DNA of 64,000 nt from Octopus sinensis (lineage: Eukaryota), in assembly GCF_006345805.1 (NCBI RefSeq), contig NC_043005.1, forward strand, positions 92,566,001-92,630,000, given 5' to 3'. The position numbers and the translations under genes were made by a program. Shown in pieces: positions 50,791-62,357 of this stretch. Numbering within the stretch: position 1 is the first letter of the stretch; every line of letters begins with the position of its first letter. The notes below the pieces were generated by a model that saw nothing but the letters and a program-made list of their open reading frames with translations, ran no database searches and was not told where the DNA came from.

Positions 50791-52835
50791 CGCAGATAGT
50801 ACACATTCATTAAATGCAGAGGTAGAGAAGCTATTGTAACAGCAGTGGAATAGTAGAAGAGAAAGAGGATACAGTTGGAAAGTGAAAAAGTGGGGGCTGT
50901 AGTTTTGTTGGTGAGTGTAGCTGTGGTATGTGAAAGAGGGCATAGTTTAGCAGGTTTTAGATGCATTGGTGTAAAAAGGTTTATCAACTGGAATGGAGCC
51001 CCATTTTTTTTTTTTTTTGAGAGGAGATGCAGTTAAAAAGTAGCAAGTCTGCGAAGAGAGAAAATAATTAAATGAAGTGATCCCAGTACATAACAGGTAT
51101 CTAAATTATCAACAATAAAGACAAGGAAAGATCAGTTGACCTTGGAAGAATCTGAACTCAAGATGTAACTAAATTCCAACAACAAATACTTTTGCCTGTT
51201 CGATACTAAAAAAAAAAAGTTTCTAAATTAGGCAAAAAGCCACACATTTTGCAGGAAGGAACAGTACAGGATCTACCCCAGTGTATGACTAGTACTTTTT
51301 TTTTCTTGGGATGAAAGGAAAATAAATTTTACTGAGGTGGAAATTGAAACCTGAATGTAAAGGGACATAAGTAGATATTATAAGGCGTTTTATACAATCT
51401 ACTGACTTGCCATTCCTTCTGCCACCTTTATAACAATAACTATAATAATGATAGTTTCAAATTTTGGTACAAGACCAACAGTTTTGAATAGAGACGATAG
51501 GTGATTACAGTAACCCCAGTGCTCAACAGGTACATTATTTTATCAATCCTCAGAAGATGAAAAGCAAAGCTGGTAGAATTTGAAATTATAAGGTAAACAG
51601 CTGGAAGAAATGCCACTAAGCATTTTGTCTTATGATTCTGCCAGCTAGTTATTTTAAGAATAATCCTTTCTAATATAGAAACAAAGCCTGACATTTTGGT
51701 GGATAGAGGGCAGTGAATTACATTAACCCCAGTTATTGACTGGCGCTTATCCTATTGACCCTGAAACAATGAAATGCAAAGCTGACCTCAGTGGAATTTG
51801 AATTCAGGTCATAAAGCCAGAAGAAATGCTAGAAAGCCTTTTGTCTGACGCACAAATGATTCTGTCAGCTTGTTGCCTTAATAATGATAATAATGAAGAT
51901 ATTTATGATGAAGGTAATAATAAAAGGCCTGTGAAAGGGAATTAGTTAATGTAAAAGGAGTTAAGATAAAAGGCCTGAAATGTAGGTGGTGGAGGTGTTA
52001 GTCAATTATACAGATCCCAATACTCAACTGGTACTTTAGTTAATTAACCACAAAATTGACCTCGGTGGCATTTGCACTCAGAATAGGAGTCAGAAGGAAT
52101 ACTAGAAGGCACTTTGTACAAGACTAACAATTCTGCCAGTTCACTTTCTAGGCCAGAAATTTGGGTAGTGGTGGTAGGTATGGTGCAGTTGATTAACTCA
52201 TTAGCATTTAAACTGGCCATATCTGGCTCAAATATTCTGCCTGCTTTATGTCCAAACTGATCAGATCAGCCACTCACTCCTACCTTGCAAATGTCATTCT
52301 AAAAATTTTTAAAAATAACATCATCAAATTCTTGAAGTTACAAGATTAATACATGATTAATTCAAGCCAATGTGAATAAAAAAACACTACATTTCATTAA
52401 ATGGTAAAGGCACTTACTGTCTCTAGTATTTAACTGGTGTACTTAATTGACCCTGGAATGATGAAAGACAAAGCTGATTCAGAAGGGGATTTGAACTCAG
52501 AATGTAAAAAAAAGCCAGAAAAAAATAGAAGGCATTTTAAAAAAGAGTGGAAATGATTTTGCCAAGCACTAGAGACAGTATAAAGATAAAAGAGGAAAAA
52601 AGGTTTTCATAAACTAAAAATACATGCAACATAAGGTAAGATGGTAATTCAAGAAGGTCAAATAGCCAAAAGATGTTTCATCAGTGGTAGATGGAATGTT
52701 AGTTAGTGAGATATCCACTGTTATTATTATTGGAGATATCACATGCTGGGAGAATGGTCTACAATCATGGCCATCATCCAACAACATCAACAAACAAGCT
52801 GCTGGATATTCTACAATGGATAGTTGAGCTGGTTG

Positions 52836-53108
52836 TTACTGTTGTTGAGGTTGCATTAAGTGTTGTTGTTGTGTTAATTGCTGCATTTGTTGTTGTTGTT
52901 GTTGTTGCTGCTGCTGTAGAAACTGGTGAGGTGATAGCTGTAGCTGAGCCTGTTGCTGTAATTGCAGCTGCTGCTGCTGTTGCTGCTGTTCTTGTTGTTG
53001 AGATTCACAGCTGTATGCATGCATAGTTTTGGCTTTATTGTATACGTAGTTGATATCAGGACGCTGTTCTGGGTTAGGGTTGATACACATCTCAACAAGC
53101 CTGCGAAG
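52836..53108 (-). CDS. NEK7: NEK6/NEK7 terminal coding exon: LRRLVEMCINPNPEQRPDINYVYNKAKTMHAYSCES + 54-aa Gln-rich tail, TAA stop
   Basis: Acceptor tctcttCAG at 53109-53111, phase 0. The CINPxPExRPD motif closes the kinase domain. TAA at 52836-52838. Confidence 0.93.
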   Translation of the reverse strand, partial: LRRLVEMCINPNPEQRPDINYVYNKAKTMHAYSCESQQQEQQQQQQQLQLQQQAQLQLSPHQFLQQQQQQQQQQMQQLTQQQHLMQPQQQ

Positions 53109-53330
53109 CTGAAGAGAATAAAAGAATAAAAAATAAAAGAAAACAATCTAAATTGTATTTCCTAAACATTCACACAGGCATACCTGGGTGGTTAAGAAGT
53201 TAACTTCTTAATCATAAGGTGTCAGGTTCAGTCTAACTGCATGGCACATTGGGCAAGTGTTTTCTACTGTAGCCTCAAGCTGACCAAAGTCTTTTGACTG
53301 GATGGAAACTGAAAGATGCCCACCATATAT

Positions 53331-53697
53331 CATCATCATCGTCTAACGTCCGTTTTCCGTGCTAGCACGGGTTTGACGGTTCGACCGGGGTCTGGGAAGC
53401 CAGGAGGCTGCATCAGGCTCCAGTCTGATCTGGCAGGGTCTCTACAGCTGGATGCCCTTCCTAACGCCAACCACTCCGTGAGTGTAATGGGTGCTTTTTA
53501 TGTGCCAGGGGAGGCTGGCAGCGGCCACGATCAGTTGGTGCTTTTTACGTGCCACCGGTACAGGTGCCAGTGGAGGCTGGCAGTGGCCACGATCGGTTGG
53601 TGCTTTTATATGTGCCACTGGCACAGGTATCGCAACTACAATTTCCATTTGATATTTATTTTGATGTTGATGTACTTGACTCAATAGGTCTCCTCAC
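53331..53697 (-). mobile_element. RTE-LINE 3' UTR fragment in the last NEK7 intron
   Basis: (CAT)n tail followed by the family terminus. Confidence 0.8.
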
Positions 53698-55083
53698 ATA
53701 TGCATGTGTGTGTGTATATGGATGTAAGTATGAGTATGTGCATATATATATATATCTATATATATATATAGTATAATCTGGGTAATAACTTCATAACATG
53801 CATTTAAAAGGTCCTATGTTGTTATAGGCTACTACATAACGCTCTACAGCAAGATATTTTCCAAGGCTGGATAAGCACGAGGAACTCCACCATTGTATAG
53901 GATTAATGTAAGAAGTTTGCTTCCCAACCACATGGTTCACAGTTCAGCCCTACTGCGTGGCACTTTGGGCAAGTGCCTCCTCTTATAGCCCCAGGCCAAC
54001 CGAATCCTTGTGATCAGATTTGATAGACAGAAACTGAAAGAAGCACTTTGCATATATGTATGTATGTATGTGTATGTCTCACCCTCCCCCCACTACTTGA
54101 CAACTGGTGCTAGTGTGTTTATGTCCCTGTAACTTAGTGGTTCAGCAAAAGAGACCAATAGAATAAGCACCAGGCTTTACTAACTAAATCCTGGGATCAA
54201 TTCATTTAACTAGAAACTCTTCAAGGCAGTAACCCAGCACAGCTGCAGTCATGTGACTGAAACATTATCTTACTATTTTTATTCGTTGTTACTACGTTTA
54301 TTCATACATTGTTACGAAAAAATTTAACCTTTTAGGCTACTTTCAAGCCTTCGCCATAACTTGATTTATCTTTCCTATCTCTCTCTCTACAAAATTTAAC
54401 CTTAGGCTACCTCAAGCCGTAATCCCATCTCTTCCCATCTTTCCGCCATTGGCGGTGCGCCCGCCCCCACCACCAATACCGGTGAACTCTGTTCTCACCA
54501 CCACCACCACCAATACCGGTGAACACTGTTCTCACCCCCCACCACCAATACCAGTATACCCTGTTCTCACCATCTACACCGGGTACGCCCTACTCCCTCC
54601 CCCACTACCCCTTCTCCTCATATGCTTTCACTGTGAAAAGAGAAGCTGCTAGCGCCATAGCTCATCAACTGCCCACCGATCTTACGCTTCCTCCTGACAC
54701 TGCCTCATTCCGACCATCCCCTTTAGTACCCTCCCGCCTCGTAATATCCTACGTTTTTATTTCAATATCCTACGTTTTTATTTCTTAGGAACCTTCACCA
54801 ACCCCTTCCTGCCATCGTTCCTCCTTACCCCAACCTTCCCCACTGGTTGCTCCCCTATATTACCCGCCTCAACTGGACCCCCCCCCTCCCCAACTCAACT
54901 CTAGAATATCTGTATTTCTTTCCTCTACCTAATTACGTTACTCAGTGACGATAAATGCTGTGACTACAAAGACCCGGGCTGCTTTCTGCAGCAATTCCAC
55001 ATACCCCCTACCCATTCTAAGTACCCCGGATCCCCAAAGTACCCTGGATCCCCAAAGTACCCCGATCCCCAAAGTACCCCGGA

Positions 55084-55338
55084 CCTCGTTGCCCCCGTGC
55101 CGCTGACACGTTAAAATGCTCGAACCGATCGTGACGATGCTGGACCCTCCGGCCCCTGTGCAGGTGGCACGTAAAAAGCACCCAATCCACTCACGGAGTG
55201 GTTGGCGTTAGGAAGGGCATCCAGCCGTAGAAACTCTGCCAGATTCAGACTGGAGCCTGGTGCGGCCCCTGGCTTCCCAGACCCGGTCAAACCGTCCAAC
55301 CCGTGCTAGCGCGGAAAGCGGACGTTAAACGATGATGA

Positions 55339-55341
<3 letters not shown>
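55084..55341 (+). mobile_element. RTE-LINE 3' UTR fragment in the last NEK7 intron
   Basis: Family terminus gcggacgttaaacgatgatgatg; CpG-rich, so probably young. Confidence 0.8.
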
Positions 55342-55374
<33 letters not shown>

Positions 55375-56141
55375 TTTGATTATAATCACTATTTGATTTA
55401 TATGGATAATGCCATACAAAATTCTGGTGCCTTTAACCAAATTCATCTGAATATATATAAATATACATACATACATACATACACACATACACGTGTGTAT
55501 AAAATCAATAAAAAACTACAGTAAACTTGCCATAAGGAGTGGAAAATCCAACAGAGTCTTTCTTCTGGGAAAATTTGAAAGGAAGGAAATGAGAGACAGA
55601 AGAGTTTTACATTCTCTAAGTTAAAAAACTTTGAGGTTGTAAAACCTTGCTTTTTCTCCCTTTACAAATCTTCCCTAAAGGAAGACTGTCTCAAGATGTT
55701 GGATTTTCCACTTGAGGCAAGTTCAGTTTTCATTGATGTTACCACATTATAGAAGTCTTGCTAATGAGACCAACACCAGCTTCTTTGAAGTCTGATCATA
55801 CATGCATGTATGTGTGTGTGTGTGTGTGTAACCTGTAGAAGAGCGAGATGCAGGAATACGTGGGAGAAAAACATTAAAAATGACTCCTGGATGCTGAACC
55901 TCACAGACAAGATGATAAAAGACAAACATTACTGGTGATGTATGCTGTGCTTGAGAAGATCTGCCCATCTGAGCAATAGTGAGGCTCTAAAAGCCTATCA
56001 GTTATGTCCGTTACCTCTCTGACTACTATTCCTGGGAGTAGTAGTAGTAAACCTGTTTTTTAGAGGATCAAGGATTAACTAATGATAACAGCAAACAAAC
56101 AATCTGTCATATAAGATGTGCCAAGAAAACAAATGGTTTAC

Positions 56142-56255
56142 CTCTTGGGAATAGATATCTGAAGGTAGAGGTGGATAATCACACTGTTCTATTTTCTTAC
56201 ATAGAGAATACAAATTCATCTTGTCACCATAGAACGGAGATTGTAAGGCTGCCAT
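56142..56255 (-). CDS. NEK7: NEK6/NEK7 exon (114 nt): [38 protein letters not shown]
   Basis: Near-identical to NEK6/7 as recalled. Poly-T tract plus CAG acceptor, donor GAG|GTAAAC, phases 0/0. Confidence 0.96.
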
Positions 56256-57518
56256 CTGGAAAAAAAAAAAAAAAAAATTCTCATAATGCAATATGCCCTT
56301 TCTGAAGATGCTATGGTGTGATTTACAGGAATTTGATTGACAGACCACAAAGAAACTATTCAACTTCGTTTCTAAGAAATAAAGTAGAGGAAAAGGGATG
56401 GAGAGAGGGGTGGTGGTGGTGGTGGTGGATGGGTACTATAAAGAAAAAATAAATTTTCAGTGAATGATCTAAGTTGTAAATAACTCCTTAGCACTAAAGT
56501 GATTTTAAATGACTAGTGTATAGTTTAATTTTCAAAGTGTTCAGTGAGGGACAAAATCATTCCTTTGTCATTAGCGAGTAATATTCTGATACATGTTCTC
56601 AAATATCAAGTCTCAACAAGAAAAATATTTTCTTCCCAAGTTTTCTTTCTTTGAGCTATAAAGACACATCACTCTCTGGGATAGAGTACTAGGTCATTTG
56701 AAAATGACTCCTCAGATAGATTAGTTAAGTTTGTAGAGAGTTATATTCAAAAGATACACAAAACAAAACTGCATTTGTATTAGAATAGTCAATTAGGAAA
56801 AAAGCTGGTTTTATTTCCAAGTAGAAAGTAGTTTAGAGAACTTTACTAATATTCTAGAGGATAAAAAAAATCATGCCAGTATACCATCTTCACCTTAAAA
56901 ATTCTCAATCTTAAAAGTGATAATTAATTTTGTGGTCTTAAAGAAATATTGGGGCTTTAGTGAAGACCCTGTTTATAATTCAGGATTTATTAGATGCAGA
57001 CATGACTGTGTGGTTAAAAAGCTTGCTTCTCAACCATGTGGTTTTAAGTTCAGTCCCACTGCATGACACCCTGGGGAAATATCTTCTATTGTAGCCCCAG
57101 CCTGACCAAAGCCTTGTCAGTGGCTCTGGTAGACAGAACCTGAAAGAAACCTATTGAAAAATGAGTAAATGTATATGTGTGTGTGTGTATATACACACAC
57201 ACACATGTGTATTTGGGTGTATCCTTGACTAATTATTATTACATGATGGTTGTAAATGAGCATAAGTCATACAAGTGATGTTGCTTGCTTCTAGTCTCCT
57301 GTGAAAACATGTCTAGCCAAGGAGAAATAACACCTTGCTTGGAAACAGGTGAGGGTTAGCAACAGGAAGGACATCAGGCTGTAGAAAATCTGCCTGAATG
57401 AATTCTGTTTGACCCATAAAAGCATAGAAAAGTGGCTGTTAAAATGATGAGTGGTTACTCATTGAGTTCTAGCTCAGATGAGAATTTGAAATTGCATTTC
57501 TGTAAGGTAACGAAATAT

Positions 57519-57960
57519 CATCATCATTTAAACGTCCTCCTTCCATGCAGGCATGGTTTGGGCAGTTTGACAGGAGCTGGCCAGGCAGAAGACTGCCCCA
57601 TGCTTTGCCGTCTGTTTTCACATGGTTTTTACAGCTGGATGCTCTTTCTAACACCAACCACTTCGCAGAATGGACTGAGTGCTTTTTACATGTCACAAAC
57701 ACAGATGAGGTCAGTTTTGGCATGGTTTTTACATTTGGATGCCCTTTCAAACGCCAACCACTTTACAGAGTGGACTGGATGCTTTTTATGTGGTACTGGC
57801 AGGGTCACCAAGTAGCTCACAAGACAAAGATATCTTGAGAAGGGATGAGGCATTTGAGAAGGGGATCTTGTGCCACAGGATGAAAGGTTGGAGGGTGACA
57901 GAAAGACAGAAACAGGTGTCTTATTGTAGAAGAGATGCATGGTTACCTGGTCAGAGAGAA
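57519..57960 (-). mobile_element. Older RTE-related 3' UTR fragment
   Basis: catcatcatttaaacgtcc... terminus and ctggatgc...ctaacaccaaccac core. Confidence 0.65.
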
Positions 57961-58397
57961 AGGAGTGATCAAAATTGAGGCCAGTAATGAGTGTGCTGCT
58001 GTAGAGGTGATACATGGTTAACCACTCCGAGGGATAGAGCAAGAGAGAGAATGGAAGAGAGCAAGAGAGATAGAGGCAGAATGGAAGAAAGCAGAAAAGA
58101 GATGGTGGTGAAGCCACAATGTACAAAGATCAGAATAAAAATAGAAGAAGACACTTGCTCAATGTGCCACACTATAGGATCAAACTTAAAACGACATGGG
58201 TTTGAAGTGAACTTCTGAACCATACAGCTACATTTGCCAGATGTTTTGAGTTGTTTAACAACAGGTCAGCAAAAGCCATCTTGCCCCCCTTTTTTTTTAT
58301 ACCTGGTGTATCTGAGATAACATTATCCAATGTGTCACATTGTATTTAAGATGACAATGTGTAATCTGAAAGAGATTTGGCTCCTTCTTTAACTTAC

Positions 58398-58492
58398 CTC
58401 ATATAACAAACACCCAAGGGACCAAATATCTGACTTGAAATTATATCCATTCTCATGTATTCTTTCTGGAGACATGTAATAGGGAGTTCCAA
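58398..58492 (-). CDS. NEK7: NEK6/NEK7 exon (95 nt): (V)[31 protein letters not shown]
   Basis: Read by hand. Contains the GTPYYMSPE and SDIWSLG motifs. Acceptor CAG at 58493-58495, donor GAG|GTAAGT, phases 1/0. Confidence 0.96.
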
Positions 58493-59941
58493 CTGTAACA
58501 GAGGAAAATAATAAAAATTATATTAAAAAAACATACACAAAGGTTTTAACTCAAAGCTAGACTTAAATTTAACATGCTCAACATGATTCAAGACTGCAGG
58601 AACTGACAACTACAGATGTAAACACACACACTTAAATATATATACGTCAGTCTTTCAGTTTCCTCCTATCAAATCAACTCACAAGGCTTTGGTCAGGTCA
58701 ATGCTATAATAGAAGACACTTACCCAAACTACCATGCAGCAGGACTAAACCTAAGACCACAAACTTCCTAACCATAAAGCAATGTCTGCACTGGATAAAA
58801 TGTTTTTAGAACACTTGGTCATGAATTAGTTCAATTCCCTTTTTTGGGGTGGTTCTCTAGTTTTTAACAGACTAACACTGAGGTAGAGATTACATGTTAA
58901 ACAATTTGAAATGGTCCCAATTTCAAACCCAATGTTTCCTTTTTCATTAATAGTGAATGATTTGAAGAGGATTTGATTACTGCTTTTAGCAGGTTGAATT
59001 GCTACATATACTGAATTTGCTAGCATACAAGATGCATTTCATTTATTTTTAAATGTATCAAAAAATTGTCCTGCAACTAATTATGGATAGGAGACCAGGT
59101 AACATAGGCTAAAGAACTGAATAAGCATAAGTCCCCTCAATAAAATAATTGTTGCTAACAACAAATTATTAAAAACAAGCCAAAATATCACAGAACATTA
59201 GCACGAACTTACAAAAGTGTTCTTACAAGTATGTCAGCAGTTATGTGGGAAGGTTACACCATTTCATTGTATCTCTTTCCCCGGTAAGTATCTTACATTG
59301 TTTAATGACTGCATTTTTTTTAATTATCTAAATGAAAAATTCTTATAGAAAGAGGAAAGGAATGTTGAATTTTCATCTCCCTATCAGTTACTTGCAATGA
59401 GTGGATAACAACAAAACCACAGTGGCCAAATGCCACCCTGCTGGCTAATCAATGATTAGATAAAAACACCAAAGCCAGAAATACGAGTTTTACACCCTGT
59501 ATGGCAATTCTCTTGGTCAAAATATAAACAATTACACAGTTGATCTGAGAGAAGATAAAACTGAAACATTATACTTGTATAACATATCAAATATTTATGG
59601 TGTCATACTTTATTTCAGTCACAGCATTGTATAGACATGCACAGAATCATACATTTACCTTTACAAAGCCATTTAAAAATATCTTTCATTAAGTATATGA
59701 TGAAATATATTAAATTTGTTTTTTTCCACAAAATATATTTGTAAAATAAATGTGTCTTATGTAAGAGTGCATCTTATACAATGATAAATACAGTACTTGG
59801 TGCTTCACCAATTCTGCAATATTCATTGATTGCTTATTAAAAAAAAAAACCCTCCAAAACAAACATGTTTTTAACCACAAAGTCATACAGAAACAAATAA
59901 AAACTTGAGATTTACATAGATATGTCCTCCATTTTACTCAC

Positions 59942-60049
59942 CAAGAGAATGGGCTGCAGTAGTCTTAGAACTGAAAAATCGTCCAAGACCTAAATCACCC
60001 AATTTTACTTTTCCTTGTGCTGTAATGAAGACATTGGCAGGCTTTATGT
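59942..60049 (-). CDS. NEK7: NEK6/NEK7 exon (108 nt): (D)[35 protein letters not shown](V)
   Basis: Read by hand; absent from the ORF track. Contains DIKPAN, the NEK6/7-typical DLG and the activation loop AAHSL. Acceptor ccctttCAG, donor G|GTGAGT, phases 1/1. Confidence 0.96.
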
Positions 60050-60379
60050 CTGAAAGGGAGATTTAAAGTTAATTAAAACAAATTTCAATAGAATTTTATG
60101 TATGTGTAACATATATAAAAAGGGGTGATGTGAAGTGAATTGTGAGTGTGTGAATGAATAAGGAGTTACGTGTAAGTCTATGTACAAATATGTGTATGAT
60201 GTGTAATGCAAAGTGTTAGTAGATGGTGTGGGCAAGATATCAGAGTATGAGTGTATGGACAGAGAAGGCAGATGATGTGGAGTGTGTGTCTGTATGCAGT
60301 GTGAGAGTATAGGTAGAAAAGGAATGGTGAAGTATAGTATGCATGCATGTGTATGAAGTGGAGTAGAAGAAAGCAAGTC

Positions 60380-60740
60380 TATTTTTAATACTGGCAGAGG
60401 CAGCTGCGTTTAAGTAGATCAGTTGTTGTTCATGATAAAGCAAGGGAAGAGGAGGACCATGATGCTGTATAATTTAACAGACAGCAAGATGCACTTGGGA
60501 GTGGCCTGGAGATTTGAAGTGGTGGGCTACAGACCTGAGTGATCCAGTGTTGTTGTCTCAAACACCAAACAAATGTTCTTTAAAATGACCAGCTAACCTC
60601 CAACCAGTTTTCCCTATATACAATAATTCACAGAGTTGGTCTTTGATACAGTATATGACATTTTCAGAAGTGCAGATGAATAATCCATAACATGGGAAAA
60701 ATGACCTAGGTCTATGTAGGGTGGTGATATTGTGCATGAA
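60380..60740 (-). mobile_element. Decayed Penelope-like GIY-YIG endonuclease
   Basis: ENVIYCIKDQLCELLYIGKTGWRLAGHFKEHL...HFKSPGHS is a GIY-YIG signature. Confidence 0.75.
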
Positions 60741-61504
60741 GTGAGCGCTGTAGGTGTTGCAATAAGAGCAGGAGCTCGTGAAGGTTACACTGCATACAGA
60801 CACACATGCTTCATATCGCCCTTCTTCACCACCCAGGCTGATGCCTTACTCACTAGATGAACACAACCTTGTTCATACATTTGTAACTTGCTGCTTGCTT
60901 GCCCTCTCTCACAAACACACATATACAGTATGGACAAACATACTGCTCTTCATATTTCATTTCACATCACTAATCACCTTCTACACTTGTCACTCCTACA
61001 TAAATCTGCTTCACATCCATCCAGGATTGCCATGTGTACTTTCTATACACTCCCTTCTCACTCATTTTGTAAAAAAAAAAAAAATAATTTTTAATGAAGA
61101 CACCTTCTTTACTTATCAACTGCCATTCAGATATGTAACAACATGGTGTTATTTTCATGTTTTTCTTTTCCATCCTTTCATTCTGCCTTGACAAAGGGCT
61201 ATTGCCTGAAATGTCAATTTATCTTCCTTTCTTTTCTGTATAGCATCTATGACTTTGTATTCTTGTTTGCTGCTGCTTTCTTTTATTTTTTGCCACATTT
61301 GCTTGTATCTTACTTGGATATTTATTACAAGACTTATGCAAACCTAATTATTTATTACTGTGTTTATTATCTCAATGAATGTGCTTTTTCTTCAGTAACA
61401 GAAGCTTCTGAACAGCATCTAACCCTATTACAAGGTTCAAGTGTGCTCTACACGACAGTAATGCTCGCATATCTAGGCGGTATGCTTGTGCATAGATATT
61501 TGAT

Positions 61505-61655
61505 ATACTGCATAAATATTCTAGAAAAAAAAAGCCATTAGACTGATACCCCTATATTTGGCTTTTGTGGACTTGGAGAAAACCTTTGACAGGGTCCCCC
61601 GATTCCTTATCTGGTGGGCGATGCAGAAACTGGGGATTGACGAATGGTTAATACG
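61505..61655 (+). mobile_element. RTE RT fragment
   Basis: AFVDLEKTFDRVPRFLIWWAMQKLGIDEWLI. Confidence 0.75.
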
Positions 61656-62357
61656 GTTTGTCTGTGTTTTGTTTAGCCCAGAGTTGCCTCTGATATAGCA
61701 GACCCATCACATTTTTTGTTTTTCTTCCTGAAATACTGTAAATCTGTGTCCTTTTGACGAAAGGGTATATTTTAACAGAAAGCGTGACGGGCCACAATCG
61801 TGGCCATTAGGCACAGGTCACAATCGTGGCCCAGATAGATGCATAGAAGGACACAACACTCGATTTAACAACAAATATAAACACACACACTTATTAGGTG
61901 CAAGAATAACTGTGTGATTGAGAAGTTTGCTTCTCAACCACATGGTTCCACATTCAGTCCCTCTGCATAGTACCTTCAGCAAGTGTTTTCCACTATAGCC
62001 CTAAGCCAACCACAGAGTTGTGACTGAATTTGTAGGTGAAAACTGCAGAAACGTTCACCAGAAAATGACTGAAAAACATGTTTATAAAGAAGAGTTGTTT
62101 GCTTCATACTCTTCATGTGCCAATTCTGCCCAAAAGAAAGGAACAAATAATACAATGTGGCTGTAGGTCATAACACCTGGGCAACACCAGGGTGCATTGC
62201 TAGTAATAATATAAATTTCCTATACGAAATGAAATCATTTGTAATCTCTATGTTGTGTTATTTCTTCTAGCAACATCATTCTATGACACTAACAAAGAAT
62301 AAAAGACAAAGCTGACATTAGCTTCACTGGTTTCTAGAACAATGAAGCACCATACTA

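Noticed and set aside
52706-53026. 106-aa Val/Ala-rich plus-strand ORF
   Set aside because: It is the complement of the CAA/CAG repeat in the NEK7 tail.
58826-59026. ORF with IQPAK...GNIG superficially like the kinase DIKPAN...KLGD segment
   Set aside because: The true exon is at 59942-60049. This stretch overlaps a common repeat arm and has no suitable splice sites.
61788-61832. Twice-repeated small hairpin gg(c/t)cacaatcgtggcc
   Set aside because: Only 6-bp stems and probably the terminus of a repeat; no further support.
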